Made by a program: the position numbers and the translations under genes. Below are positions 30,440 to 39,470 of a DNA stretch of 64,000 nt, one piece after another. The notes under the pieces were generated by a model. It saw nothing but the letters and a program-made list of their open reading frames with translations, did no database searches and was not told where the DNA came from. The first letter of the stretch is position 1, and the number at the start of each line of letters is the position of its first letter. The stretch is taken from positions 877-64,876 of the forward strand of contig CAYFYY010000015.1 in assembly GCA_964347475.1 (NCBI GenBank), given 5' to 3'. Origin of the DNA: an uncultured Flavobacteriales bacterium (GTDB lineage: Bacteria > Pseudomonadota > Alphaproteobacteria > UBA8366 > JADFVY01).

Positions 30440-30964
30440 TTACACGCGCTCGCCGAGGCGTCGGCGACAGCCGGCGCAGAATGTGGCACGCTTGCGGTCG
30501 GTCTCGTCGAGGCAGTTGCTGAACCACATCACGCAGCGCGGCTCTGCGCAGTGCCCGAGGCCGAGGGTATGGCCGATCTCGTGGATGGCCTCCTTGAGGG
30601 CGCGTTGTCGGAAAACACGCGCATCCGCGCCAACGCCCAGGCGGCTGAGGGAGATGACCGCAGCCCGCCCCGACGGGTCCGCCATGCCGAACACGAAGTT
30701 CAGCCCGTGTGCATAAAGATCGGCATCGGTGACGGCGAGCACATGTCCGCCGGGCCGCCTGCGCGCCCGATCACGGGCCATGTGGAGTAAGGCATCAGCA
30801 CGGAACTGGTGGCGTTCGGAATCGTAGGCCTCGGACGGCAGTTCTTCACCGTCGCTCACTATCGCGTCGAACCCGGCGCTCGCGAGATCGCAGGCCAGCG
30901 CGTCGATATCACGACTGTCCGGATTGCCGACGGGAAACATTGCGATACGGAGCGCCATGGCCAT
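30440..30964 (-). CDS. Archaemetzincin-like zinc metallopeptidase (M54 family)
   Basis: ATG at 30964; 174 aa. HEIGHTLGLGHC metzincin/archaemetzincin signature plus a downstream Cys pair (FCAGC). Confidence 0.75.
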   Translation of the reverse strand: MAMALRIAMFPVGNPDSRDIDALACDLASAGFDAIVSDGEELPSEAYDSERHQFRADALLHMARDRARRRPGGHVLAVTDADLYAHGLNFVFGMADPSGRAAVISLSRLGVGADARVFRQRALKEAIHEIGHTLGLGHCAEPRCVMWFSNCLDETDRKRATFCAGCRRRLGERV

Positions 30965-31001
30965 CACCCCAAATTCTTGGGCCCGGCGATTACCGGCCGC
31001 T

Positions 31002-31712
31002 TCATGCCTGATCCCCGGGAACGCCGTATCGGCCGCGCAGGTTGACATACAGCACGGGGCACACGGACTGTCGGCGAATGCCGGCGTCGGACTTCTCAAA
31101 AACGGTCAGATCCTGTCGCGCGTCCGCGATGACCGGCGCAACGAGCTTGCCCCCGAGGGCGAGCTGTTCCAGCAGCGGCGGCGGTATCTCTGAACAGGCG
31201 GCCGTGATTGCGATCCGGTCGTAGGGCTGCAGCGCGGGATAGCCGAGGCCGCCGTCGGCCTGCACCAGCACGACATCCCGGTAGCCGGCCCTTTGAAGGT
31301 TGCCCCTGGCGTACGCGAAGGTCAAAGGGTCGATTTCGACGGCGACAACCAGGCCCGCATCGCCCACCACCTCGCGCGCGATCGCGGTACCGTAACCGGA
31401 GCCCAGGCCGACTTCGAGAAACCTGTGACCCTCGTCCAGCCCCAGGGGCTCGTAGAACAGCGGGTAGCTGTGCGGACAGGAGATGGTCGCCGAGCGGCCC
31501 GGCAGCGGCAGGGGGACCTCAAGATAAGCGTAATCGCGGTAGGGCTCGGGAATGAAGTCCTCGCGCGGCACCTTCAAAAGGGCCTGCTTGATGCGCTCGG
31601 ACTTAAGCAGGCCCTCCTCACTCAGCCGGGCGACCTTCTCCTGGCGTTCGCGCGCAAGAGCCGCCTTGCTCTTGCTCGGCTTCTTCGGCGGTGGGATGTG
31701 CCAGCCATACAT
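31002..31712 (-). CDS. pcm: Protein-L-isoaspartate O-methyltransferase
   Basis: 236 aa with the SAM motif LEVGLGSGYGTAIAREVVG, the SATISCPHSY region (ISxPH motif), and the C-terminal GGKLVAPV block. Confidence 0.85.
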   Translation of the reverse strand: MYGWHIPPPKKPSKSKAALARERQEKVARLSEEGLLKSERIKQALLKVPREDFIPEPYRDYAYLEVPLPLPGRSATISCPHSYPLFYEPLGLDEGHRFLEVGLGSGYGTAIAREVVGDAGLVVAVEIDPLTFAYARGNLQRAGYRDVVLVQADGGLGYPALQPYDRIAITAACSEIPPPLLEQLALGGKLVAPVIADARQDLTVFEKSDAGIRRQSVCPVLYVNLRGRYGVPGDQA

Positions 31713-31727
31713 GGTCTTCTCCGCGTC

Positions 31728-32249
31728 TTAACGCGACAGGCCCAGAATCTCGAAGATCGCACGCAGGAATGCCGGAATGTCGGCGGGCCGCCGCGACGTG
31801 ACGAGGTTACCGTCCACCACCACCTCACGATCGTGGTAGGTCGCGCCCGCCGCCTCCAGCTCCCGCCGCATGTCGCGATAGCAGGTGGCGCTGCGCCCCG
31901 CCAGCAGGCCGGTGGCGATCAGCACCTGCGGTCCATGGCAGATCGCGGCCAGGGGCTTGCCGGCCTCGAGAAAATGCCGCGCAATGGCCACTGCGTCGGG
32001 GTTATCGCGCAGGCTGGCCGGCGCCCTGCCGCCCGGCAACAGTAACAGGTCATAGTCCGCCGGCCGCACGGCGCCAAGTGCCAGCCCGGCGTTCGCCTTG
32101 TGGCGGTGCTTGCCGGTGATCACTCCCGTCCGCGGCGCGGCCACATCCACCGTCACGCCGTTCGCCTGCAGCTGGCGCAGCGGCTCGGCGAGTTCGCTGT
32201 CTTCAAAACCGTCAGCGCTGATGATCAGGGCGCGCATGTCGATCTGCAT
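31728..32249 (-). CDS. DJ-1/PfpI family protein (class I glutamine amidotransferase-like)
   Basis: MQIDMRALIISADGFEDSEL... with the nucleophile elbow AAICHGPQVL. An alternative start at 32237 is possible. Confidence 0.8.
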   Translation of the reverse strand: MQIDMRALIISADGFEDSELAEPLRQLQANGVTVDVAAPRTGVITGKHRHKANAGLALGAVRPADYDLLLLPGGRAPASLRDNPDAVAIARHFLEAGKPLAAICHGPQVLIATGLLAGRSATCYRDMRRELEAAGATYHDREVVVDGNLVTSRRPADIPAFLRAIFEILGLSR

Positions 32250-32551
32250 TGGAGAGCGGTCCGGTCCGCATGGGACAGCTTGGCAGTCGCGCATCCGGCG
32301 GGGCTGGACGGGGAACGGGACGAACTGGGCCTGCCCGAAAGACGTGGTATCCGGCCCAATTGAAGCGCGGCTGTCGACCGCGTCCTTTCGACTGGTTGGC
32401 TCTGCAAACAGCAGCATTCCCCCATTGCATGGTTTCCGTCTGCCGAACGCGATGCTGTCTCTTTTGATCCGCGTCGCGACATAGCAGGTTGTCGATGAAT
32501 TCTTGGTATTGTTGCGCGCCGGCGCCTACCTTCTCTTCCAGGAGGCGACCC

Positions 32552-32911
32552 ATGCCCGGGCCACAACGAGACCGCGCCGTTACGATCGAGGGCACCCTGG
32601 AACCCTGGGCGCCGGACATCAATGAGCCCCTGCTGTGGACGATCCACGAGGACGGCAGGGCCGGGCCGGAGGGCGTGCACCCGTTGCTGAACGGGGACCT
32701 TCTCATCGTTTATGACGATGCCAATACGCCGGTCTGGATCGGCATGGTCGAGCTCGAGTTCGACAGCGGTCTGCAGCCGGATCCCCTGGATCCAACGCGC
32801 ATGCGTCAGGCGGCCCGAGGGCGCTGGGTGCATGGTCTGCAGAAAGACGAGGATCCCGAGCTGTGGGCCCGCATGTTTTTCGAACGTCGCCGCGCCGTGG
32901 TGAAACGATGA
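32552..32911 (+). CDS. Hypothetical protein
   Basis: ATG at 32552 behind GGAGG; 119 aa. No motif recognised. Convergent with alr. Confidence 0.4.
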   Translation: MPGPQRDRAVTIEGTLEPWAPDINEPLLWTIHEDGRAGPEGVHPLLNGDLLIVYDDANTPVWIGMVELEFDSGLQPDPLDPTRMRQAARGRWVHGLQKDEDPELWARMFFERRRAVVKR

Positions 32912-32932
32912 TCCGGACATCCGATGGTTTCC

Positions 32933-34090
32933 TCAATCTTGAATCCCGCCGACCGCGACCCGATGCACGCGCTGCGCGATCGCCGTGACGATCTCGTAAT
33001 TGATCGTCCCCAGCTTGTTGGCCAGTTCGTCGGCCGTAATCTCCTCCTCGCCCTGCCGACCGATCAGCACCACCTCGTCGCCCGGCCGCATATGGCCGCG
33101 CAGCGTGGTCACGTCGACGAGGCTCTGGTCCATGGTGATGCGGCCGACCTGCGGGCATCGCCGGCCCCTTACCAGGACATCCATATCGTTGGAGAGCCGG
33201 CGCATCAGGCCATCGCCGTAGCCCACGGGAACGGTGGCGATCAGAGAGTCCCGTTCGGCATGGAACGCGTGCCCGTAGCTCAGACCCGTGCCGGCGGGGA
33301 CCTCTTTCAGGAAGGTGATCCGGCTCTTCCATTCGAGGACCGGCTGCAGCTCCCGGACAAGTGGATTCACGATCTCCGCGGAAGGCCTGAGCCCGTAAAT
33401 CGCAATGCCGGGCCGGACGGCGTCGAAATGCGATTCCGGGAGATCGAGGAGGGCCGCGCTGTTCGCCATATGTCGGAATTCGACCCCGTAACCGCTGGTC
33501 GCTTCGGCGACCTGCCGGAAGCGCTCGAGCTGCGCCAGCGAATAAGCCTTGTCGGTCTCGTCCGCCCGCGGGAAGTGGCTCATCAGTCCGCGCAAGCGCA
33601 ACGCCGGCAGGTTGCGGCAACGCTCGAGGAAGGCCGCGACGTCGTCGGGTCGGACGCCGATCCGCCCCATGCCCGTGTCCACCTTCAGGTGGACCGGGAC
33701 GGGCCGTTCCGCCGCTTCCGCAGCACGCGCCAGCGCCTCCGCCATCTCCAGCGTGCAGATGACGGGCTCGCAGTGATGGGCGACGATCGCCTCTGCGTGC
33801 TCCGGCAGCGTCGCGGAAAGGATGACGAAGGTGGCGTCGATGCCGGCTTCCAGCAGGGCGGCGGCCTCGAAGACATGCGCCACGCACAGCGTATCGTAGC
33901 CGAGCCGGACCAGCTGCCGGGCGATGATCTCGGCGCCGTGACCGTAGGCGTTTGCCTTTATCGCCGGCCACAACGGCCGTCCGCCGGCTGCCGCCCGCAG
34001 CAGGCGTATATTGTGCGCCAAGCGGCCGAGATGGATCTGCGCCTTGGTCAGATGCGAATCGCGGGGGCCGCTTGCCAGGGGTTCCTCCAT
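32933..34090 (-). CDS. alr: Alanine racemase (PLP-dependent)
   Basis: ATG at 34090; 385 aa. AIKANAYGHG PLP-lysine motif and the C-terminal YEIVTAI block. Confidence 0.8.
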   Translation of the reverse strand: MEEPLASGPRDSHLTKAQIHLGRLAHNIRLLRAAAGGRPLWPAIKANAYGHGAEIIARQLVRLGYDTLCVAHVFEAAALLEAGIDATFVILSATLPEHAEAIVAHHCEPVICTLEMAEALARAAEAAERPVPVHLKVDTGMGRIGVRPDDVAAFLERCRNLPALRLRGLMSHFPRADETDKAYSLAQLERFRQVAEATSGYGVEFRHMANSAALLDLPESHFDAVRPGIAIYGLRPSAEIVNPLVRELQPVLEWKSRITFLKEVPAGTGLSYGHAFHAERDSLIATVPVGYGDGLMRRLSNDMDVLVRGRRCPQVGRITMDQSLVDVTTLRGHMRPGDEVVLIGRQGEEEITADELANKLGTINYEIVTAIAQRVHRVAVGGIQD

Positions 34091-34094
34091 CGGC

Positions 34095-35192
34095 TCACGC
34101 CCCGGTCTCGCTGCGTGCCGCTTCCGGCATGGTCCGCTTCTCAACGTATTCCGAGGTCATCGCCGCGACGAGGGCGGCGTAATTCGGCGAGAATGCGATC
34201 TCGTCGCCCACATGAATGCTGCCCTTCGCTTGCGTGGCGTCCAGGATCAGGTAGCCGCTGGAGGCGCCCAGTATGGTCAGCCGCCTGTCGAGCGGGGTCA
34301 GGCCCCCGATATCCACGTCCTCGCGGCCGATATTGAGGAGAGCTCGATCGATGTCGCCTCGGTCCGCGAAGCGTGGCGTTGCGCCGAAGGCGTCTTCGCC
34401 GCGCTCTCCGACTGGAACCGACGGCTTGCGTTTCAGTTCCAGGACCTCCGCGTGGAGCAGGAACGCGTCTTGATACGTGCCGGCCCAGGGCCGCCGACGA
34501 ACGGTCTCGCGGCCGAGCAGGATCGCCTCGCCGATCCTCGCGTGGTTGACCCGTTTCGGCATCCGCCCGACGGCGATGAGCTCGAGCGCGCTGGAATTGC
34601 AGCCGGAGATCCATTCGAAATCGAGCCCCAGATCCTCCTCGACCTGCCGGGCGCAAGCGACCAGCCGGCTCATGTTCTCCTCCGACGGCACCACCCCGCC
34701 GAAGCAGGACAGATTCGTGCCCAGCCCGATGATCCGGATGCCCGGCAGCTTGACCGCGTCGGCCATGAAAGGGAGGAGCGCGTCGGGCCAGACGCCCTCG
34801 CGCAGGTCGCCGAGGTCGGTCATGACGATGACGTCGTGTGCTTTGCCGGTGCGCTCTGCCGCCGCCGAGAGACCGGACAGGATCGCAAGCTCGCTGTTGA
34901 GGCTGATCTCAACCGAACCGACGACCTCGTCCACGGCCGACAGCGGAGGCACCCGTATGAGCATCAAGCGCGCAGCCACCCCCGCCTGCCTGAGGCGTCG
35001 GATGTTCCTCATCCGCGAATCCCCGATCGATGAGACGCCGCCCCGCAGCATGGCAATCGCCACCTCCGGATGGCCGCAGACGCCTTTCGTTATGCCCGTC
35101 ACCTCGATCCCGTGCGCCCGGCACAGGTCGACAATCGTTTTCGCATTGTGTTCGATCTTGCCGAGATCGATGGTGAGATAGGGGCCAGCCAT
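34095..35192 (-). CDS. orr: Ornithine racemase-like PLP enzyme (alanine racemase N-domain, COG3457-type)
   Basis: ATG at 35192; 365 aa. GITKGVCGHPEVA (PLP Lys region) and TIM-barrel racemase-like blocks. Sits directly downstream of oraE, as in the described ornithine cluster. Confidence 0.65.
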   Translation of the reverse strand: MAGPYLTIDLGKIEHNAKTIVDLCRAHGIEVTGITKGVCGHPEVAIAMLRGGVSSIGDSRMRNIRRLRQAGVAARLMLIRVPPLSAVDEVVGSVEISLNSELAILSGLSAAAERTGKAHDVIVMTDLGDLREGVWPDALLPFMADAVKLPGIRIIGLGTNLSCFGGVVPSEENMSRLVACARQVEEDLGLDFEWISGCNSSALELIAVGRMPKRVNHARIGEAILLGRETVRRRPWAGTYQDAFLLHAEVLELKRKPSVPVGERGEDAFGATPRFADRGDIDRALLNIGREDVDIGGLTPLDRRLTILGASSGYLILDATQAKGSIHVGDEIAFSPNYAALVAAMTSEYVEKRTMPEAARSETGA

Positions 35193-35214
35193 CGCACTGC
35201 CCTTCCGGTGCGTC

Positions 35215-37410
35215 CTAACTCTGTTCCGATGCGCGCAGCTTTCGCACCAGGAAGCTGGCCACGTCCCGGCCGGTCGTACCGCGTCCGAACCCCGCGTCGA
35301 GGCCGCAGGCGCGTGCCAGGTCATCGGTCACTTGCGTACCACCGGCCACCAGCAAAAGCCGCGGGCGCAAGTTGCGTTCCGTGGCCAATTCATGGAGACG
35401 ACGCATGTTCGCCGTATGGACATCGGCATGGGTGATGATCGTAGAAATAAGCACGGCCCGGGCGCCGGTCTCTGTCGCGGCATCGAGAATTCTCTCCAGC
35501 GGTACGGACGTGCCAAGGTAATGGCAATGGAAGCCGTATTTCTCGATCCCGCCATGCTTGATATCGAGGATTTCGCGCAGGCCCACCGAGTGCTCGTCCT
35601 CGCCGACCGTCGCCGCGACGACGTGGACGCCGCGGGGACGCACCCAGGCCTCGATCTCCGCATCCGGCAGTGGTTGCTCGCGCTCTGCCAGCGAAAGGTC
35701 GTCGATCCTGAGGGCGACTTCGAGAACGCCCTTGATCTCGAAAACGCTGCCCTCCGCCGGGTGCATGATCCGCCGGCTGATAATCTCGGGGTCTCGGAGT
35801 CCCATATGTCGGGCCATTTCAAGCGCCGCGGCCTCGCCCACGCGCGGGCTCTCGGGTACGAACAGGGTGACGCACACAACACCGTCGCCGTGTCGCTCGA
35901 CCTCGGGCCGCAGCAGGCCCTCCGCCCGTTCCGCCAGTGGCGTCTCGAGCCGCCTGTCCACGTTGTCGTCGGGATCCAGCTCGTCGATATAGCGGATCTT
36001 CGAGGGATCGCACAGCGTGCAGCCGCCGTAGTCGTCGCAGGGTTTTCCCGTATCCGTCGCGTAGCTGTTGTCCCCGAAATGGCTGCATACCGGAGCGCCG
36101 TAGCCCGCTTTGCGCGGGACCGTGCTTCCCGCGCCGCTTCCGCCATACTCATCGCGCACGATACCGTCGGCCTTGCGCTCCGGATAGTAACCGGAATCGA
36201 CGAACTGACCGGCCTCGACCGCCGCGTAATAGCCGCCGTTTTCGATAATCTCTTCGAGGAAAAGAACGGCGCGCTCCTTCAGCTCCCGCACTGTGCGGGG
36301 CAACTCGCCGTCTTGGCGGATTTCGATCTGCTCCATCAGCCCGTCGACGCCCATCAGGGTCTGTCGGGCCGCGTTTACCCCCGCCACGTTGTTGTAGTGC
36401 CAGGGAATGTTGCGCCCTTCGTCCGGCGTGATCGTGCTCTGGATATCGGCCGAGGTCAGGCGCGAGATAAGCGTATCGAGCACATGCGTGACGGTGGCCT
36501 CCATCGTGTCGGACTCGACGTAGCGCGTGTTCTGTTGCGCCCGGAACCGGTAGCCCTTGAAGATGTCGCGAAGCGCCACCGCGTAGGGCAGGTCGAGGCG
36601 TAATTTCGGGGCCGGTGGCGCGGTCGGCGGCACGGTAGACAGGCCGATCTGGCCGGGCGCCATGCCCGCCTTCCGCGAGTACGCGGTGTTGATGCCGTGC
36701 TGCACGAACAGCTCGGGCGTGACTTTCCAGGCTTGCTTCGCCGTGGCGTTGGCGTTGTGCGCGCCGTCGATCTGCAAGAGGCCGCCATCCGCCATGATCT
36801 TCTTGGCCTCCGCCGCATCGACGAAGGAGCGGTGCATGTTGATGTTGCGATAGAGCACATTGTACTGCGGGTCCTGGTGGGCCCCGTTGACGCCTTCCTC
36901 GACGAAGAGGACGGCCATTTCCGGCCCGGCGAGGCCGCTGACATAGGAGTGGAAATTGATCGGCCGCCCCACCTCCTCCTCGATCGCGTCCAGCGCCTTG
37001 CGGCTGGCGCGAAGCTGCTTGCGCGTGATCGGAATGCCGCCGACACCTTCCGGCGTACCCTCGATCAGACCGTCGATATGGGACTGGCCGGTGGTCCGGA
37101 TGACCATGATGTGGTCGGCGCCATGCCAGGCCGCCATGCGCATTCGGCGCAGATCGTCCTCGAACCGCCCCGATGCGATCTCGGTGGTGATCACGAAGTC
37201 GCATTGCGGGTCGATATCGCCGACCGCATGCGCCGAGGGGAGCGGGATGGAGCGGTCGAGAGTCTCGGAGGTGTCCTTGTAGACGAAGGGGCCGATTTGC
37301 TGGTCCTCGACTTTGTGGCGCCAGGTCCATCCCTTGCGCTTCGGGCGATATTTGCCGAGGTCCTTCAGGACCTCCCGCAGGTCGAGTTTCCGGTCCGCCG
37401 CGAGCTTCAT
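35215..37410 (-). CDS. oraE: D-ornithine 4,5-aminomutase, large (E/beta) subunit, B12- and PLP-dependent
   Basis: 731 aa. The C-terminal B12-binding domain has the DxHxxG motif (EDEHSVG). Size and partner small subunit match OraE/OraS. Confidence 0.8.
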   Translation of the reverse strand: MKLAADRKLDLREVLKDLGKYRPKRKGWTWRHKVEDQQIGPFVYKDTSETLDRSIPLPSAHAVGDIDPQCDFVITTEIASGRFEDDLRRMRMAAWHGADHIMVIRTTGQSHIDGLIEGTPEGVGGIPITRKQLRASRKALDAIEEEVGRPINFHSYVSGLAGPEMAVLFVEEGVNGAHQDPQYNVLYRNINMHRSFVDAAEAKKIMADGGLLQIDGAHNANATAKQAWKVTPELFVQHGINTAYSRKAGMAPGQIGLSTVPPTAPPAPKLRLDLPYAVALRDIFKGYRFRAQQNTRYVESDTMEATVTHVLDTLISRLTSADIQSTITPDEGRNIPWHYNNVAGVNAARQTLMGVDGLMEQIEIRQDGELPRTVRELKERAVLFLEEIIENGGYYAAVEAGQFVDSGYYPERKADGIVRDEYGGSGAGSTVPRKAGYGAPVCSHFGDNSYATDTGKPCDDYGGCTLCDPSKIRYIDELDPDDNVDRRLETPLAERAEGLLRPEVERHGDGVVCVTLFVPESPRVGEAAALEMARHMGLRDPEIISRRIMHPAEGSVFEIKGVLEVALRIDDLSLAEREQPLPDAEIEAWVRPRGVHVVAATVGEDEHSVGLREILDIKHGGIEKYGFHCHYLGTSVPLERILDAATETGARAVLISTIITHADVHTANMRRLHELATERNLRPRLLLVAGGTQVTDDLARACGLDAGFGRGTTGRDVASFLVRKLRASEQS

Positions 37411-37760
37411 CGGACGAGGTCCTCCCAGAAGCGTCCCGCCAGCAACGCGTCTCCCGCTTCGCGCGGGGCGATCCGCCTGGCCTTCGCCAGTTCGAGGACC
37501 AGGCGTCCCGCGCCATGGCCGAGAAGATTGCGCTCCTGCATCATGGCCACGAGGTTGCCGGCCTCGATGCTGGAAAAGCCCATCCGCAGCAGCACCGAGC
37601 GCTCGATGGATGGCGTCGTACGGGTCCGGGCCTCCGCGACCAGCGGTTCGACGATCTTTTCGACGAGTTGCCAGAAGTAGTTGTGAAGATCCTCGTCCGA
37701 CATGTCCTTGAGCCGGGCACGGCGCTTCGCGAAATCGTCCGGTCGTTCAACGCATGTCAT
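37407..37760 (-). CDS. oraS: D-ornithine 4,5-aminomutase, small (S/alpha) subunit
   Basis: 117 aa, overlapping the oraE start by 4 nt. Size and position match OraS. Confidence 0.75.
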   Translation of the reverse strand: MTCVERPDDFAKRRARLKDMSDEDLHNYFWQLVEKIVEPLVAEARTRTTPSIERSVLLRMGFSSIEAGNLVAMMQERNLLGHGAGRLVLELAKARRIAPREAGDALLAGRFWEDLVR

Positions 37761-39159
37761 CGATCACCTTCCGCACATAGGATTGGTCGGACCGGGTCTC
37801 GTCGGCCAGGAACGCGAAATCGGATTCGGTCAATTGTTCGCCTTCCGCCAGCGAGGCGATGGCATTGCGCAGATAGGAGCGTCGGACGTGATCGAGATCC
37901 AGGTCGACCACGGCGATCTGCGACGGATGCTCGGGAATGACGATGGCCCGGCCGGGCCTGTTGTTTCTCGGATCGCCGCGCACGACCGCAATGCCCAGCC
38001 GCTTGGCGAGGTTCAGCTGCGCGATCGGATGCTTGCCGGCACCGGTGTACTCGGTCTCCTGGACGACGAGGATGCGGTCCTCGTCCATCATGCGCGCGAT
38101 GGCGAACGCGGCGGCGAGCGAGGTGTTGCCGGCCGCGCCCCGGTCCAGCCCCTCGAGTTCCGCCAGCACCTGCGTCATGTAGAACACCTCGCCCTGGGTC
38201 ACGGTGACGAAGCGGTCGATATAGCGCAGCGGGCGGGCGGCGTTTCGCGGCACGTCGGCCCGGTCCGGCCAGGTCGTAAACGGCACCGAGAAGCCGGTAT
38301 GGCCGGTGGTGAAGGACTTCCTGTTGAAGTCATGGTCGGAGGCCATGTGGAGCCCGGCGAGATCGACGCTGACCGCGACGATTTCGGTTTCGGCGGCGCC
38401 GGCTTTCCGCAATCCGCGGGCCGTGCCGGTGACATTGCCGCCGCCGGCATGGGTGACTGCGACGACGTCGGGAAAGCGCCCGGTCCGCTCGCGCACCTGC
38501 TGGGCCAACTCATACCCGAGCGTCTCGATGCCGAGGATCGAGTATGGCGTATACAGCGATGCGTTGAAGTATCCGGTTTCCTCGAGCACTCTCAGAAACA
38601 CGTAGAACAGCTCCGGCCCGACCGAGAGCCGGATGACTTCGGCGCCATAGGCCTCGCAGGCCCGGGTCTTCTCCGCGATCTCGGGCTGGGCGATGCCCTC
38701 GCTGTCGAAAGCCTCCTGCACGACGATGCAGCGCAGGCCCGCCTTGGCGGCCTGCGATGCGACGGCCGCGCCGTAATTGCCGCTGGTCGCGGCGGCGACG
38801 CCGTCGTAGCCGCGCTTCCTGGCCTCGTGGACCGAGAGCGAGGCCCGCCGGTCCTTGAACGAGCCCGACGGGTTCCTGGCCTCGTCCTTGACGAAGATGC
38901 GGGCGCCCTTGCCGGGGTCCGCAACGCAGCGAACGACCTCGGTGATGTTCTCGAGTTCGACGAGCGGCGTCTCGCCGACCGCCGTGCGGCTCTGCACCGC
39001 CCGCGCCGTATCGATGTCGTAGCCGGTGTCGGCCAGCAGGCGCTCGTAATCGAAGGCCAGCGCGCCCGTCGCATATTGCTGGTAATCGAGGCCGATGGCA
39101 TCGCGCACGATCTCGCCTCGCCGGGCCATGATTTCCGCGTAGCCGGGCCTCGGTTTCAT
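37747..39159 (-). CDS. ortB: 2-amino-4-ketopentanoate thiolase, beta subunit (PLP, Trp-synthase-beta fold)
   Basis: 470 aa with the PLP lysine motif NPSGSFKDRRAS and a GGGN glycine loop. Overlaps oraS and ortA. Confidence 0.75.
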   Translation of the reverse strand: MKPRPGYAEIMARRGEIVRDAIGLDYQQYATGALAFDYERLLADTGYDIDTARAVQSRTAVGETPLVELENITEVVRCVADPGKGARIFVKDEARNPSGSFKDRRASLSVHEARKRGYDGVAAATSGNYGAAVASQAAKAGLRCIVVQEAFDSEGIAQPEIAEKTRACEAYGAEVIRLSVGPELFYVFLRVLEETGYFNASLYTPYSILGIETLGYELAQQVRERTGRFPDVVAVTHAGGGNVTGTARGLRKAGAAETEIVAVSVDLAGLHMASDHDFNRKSFTTGHTGFSVPFTTWPDRADVPRNAARPLRYIDRFVTVTQGEVFYMTQVLAELEGLDRGAAGNTSLAAAFAIARMMDEDRILVVQETEYTGAGKHPIAQLNLAKRLGIAVVRGDPRNNRPGRAIVIPEHPSQIAVVDLDLDHVRRSYLRNAIASLAEGEQLTESDFAFLADETRSDQSYVRKVIDDMR

Positions 39160-39470
39160 CGGATGCGTCCCTTGTCCCGCAGCATGGCGCGGACCTCGCC
39201 GCCGATGCCTGTGAGCTCCGCGATCGGCGGGCCGAAGCCATGGGTGTAGGCGGGATTGACAGCGCTGAGCGTGCCGCGAAGGCGGCGTCCGGCCGGGGTC
39301 ACGATCGTAACGTCCTCGCCGAGCACCGCGGGCTCGGCGAGAAATCCCTTCGCGCGCATCTCCAGAGGCAGCTGCCGGGTGTCGTCTGGAACCTGCGGCG
39401 CGCGGCCTCCGGCGGGCAGCACGATACCGTGGATCTCGACCCAGGTCCCCTTGGCGACCGGCTCAGCCAT
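39156..39470 (-). CDS. ortA: 2-amino-4-ketopentanoate thiolase, alpha subunit
   Basis: ATG at 39470; 104 aa. A small protein between ord and ortB, overlapping both. Assignment rests on size and synteny. Confidence 0.65.
   Translation of the reverse strand: MAEPVAKGTWVEIHGIVLPAGGRAPQVPDDTRQLPLEMRAKGFLAEPAVLGEDVTIVTPAGRRLRGTLSAVNPAYTHGFGPPIAELTGIGGEVRAMLRDKGRIR

Noticed and set aside
30197-30790. ORFs 30197..30790 and 42080..42526 have similar N-terminal peptides (RVRRGAGCRQCR.S.FRLK.RLNRL), which suggested a duplicated small gene.
   Set aside because: The similarity just reflects the roughly 220-bp DNA repeat. The peptides are Arg-rich and low-complexity, and they diverge as soon as the DNA repeat diverges. 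The first ORF runs antisense into the archaemetzincin gene. There is no RBS or start context. I treat them as a non-coding repeat.
35215-37760. Alternative call of the B12/PLP aminomutase pair as lysine 5,6-aminomutase (KamDE).
   Set aside because: The small subunit is 117 aa, which is OraS-sized; KamE is about 260 aa and carries the B12 domain itself. Here the B12 DxHxxG motif is in the 731-aa subunit. The flanking ord/ortAB/orr genes match the ornithine pathway. No kamA/kdd/kce lysine-fermentation genes are present.
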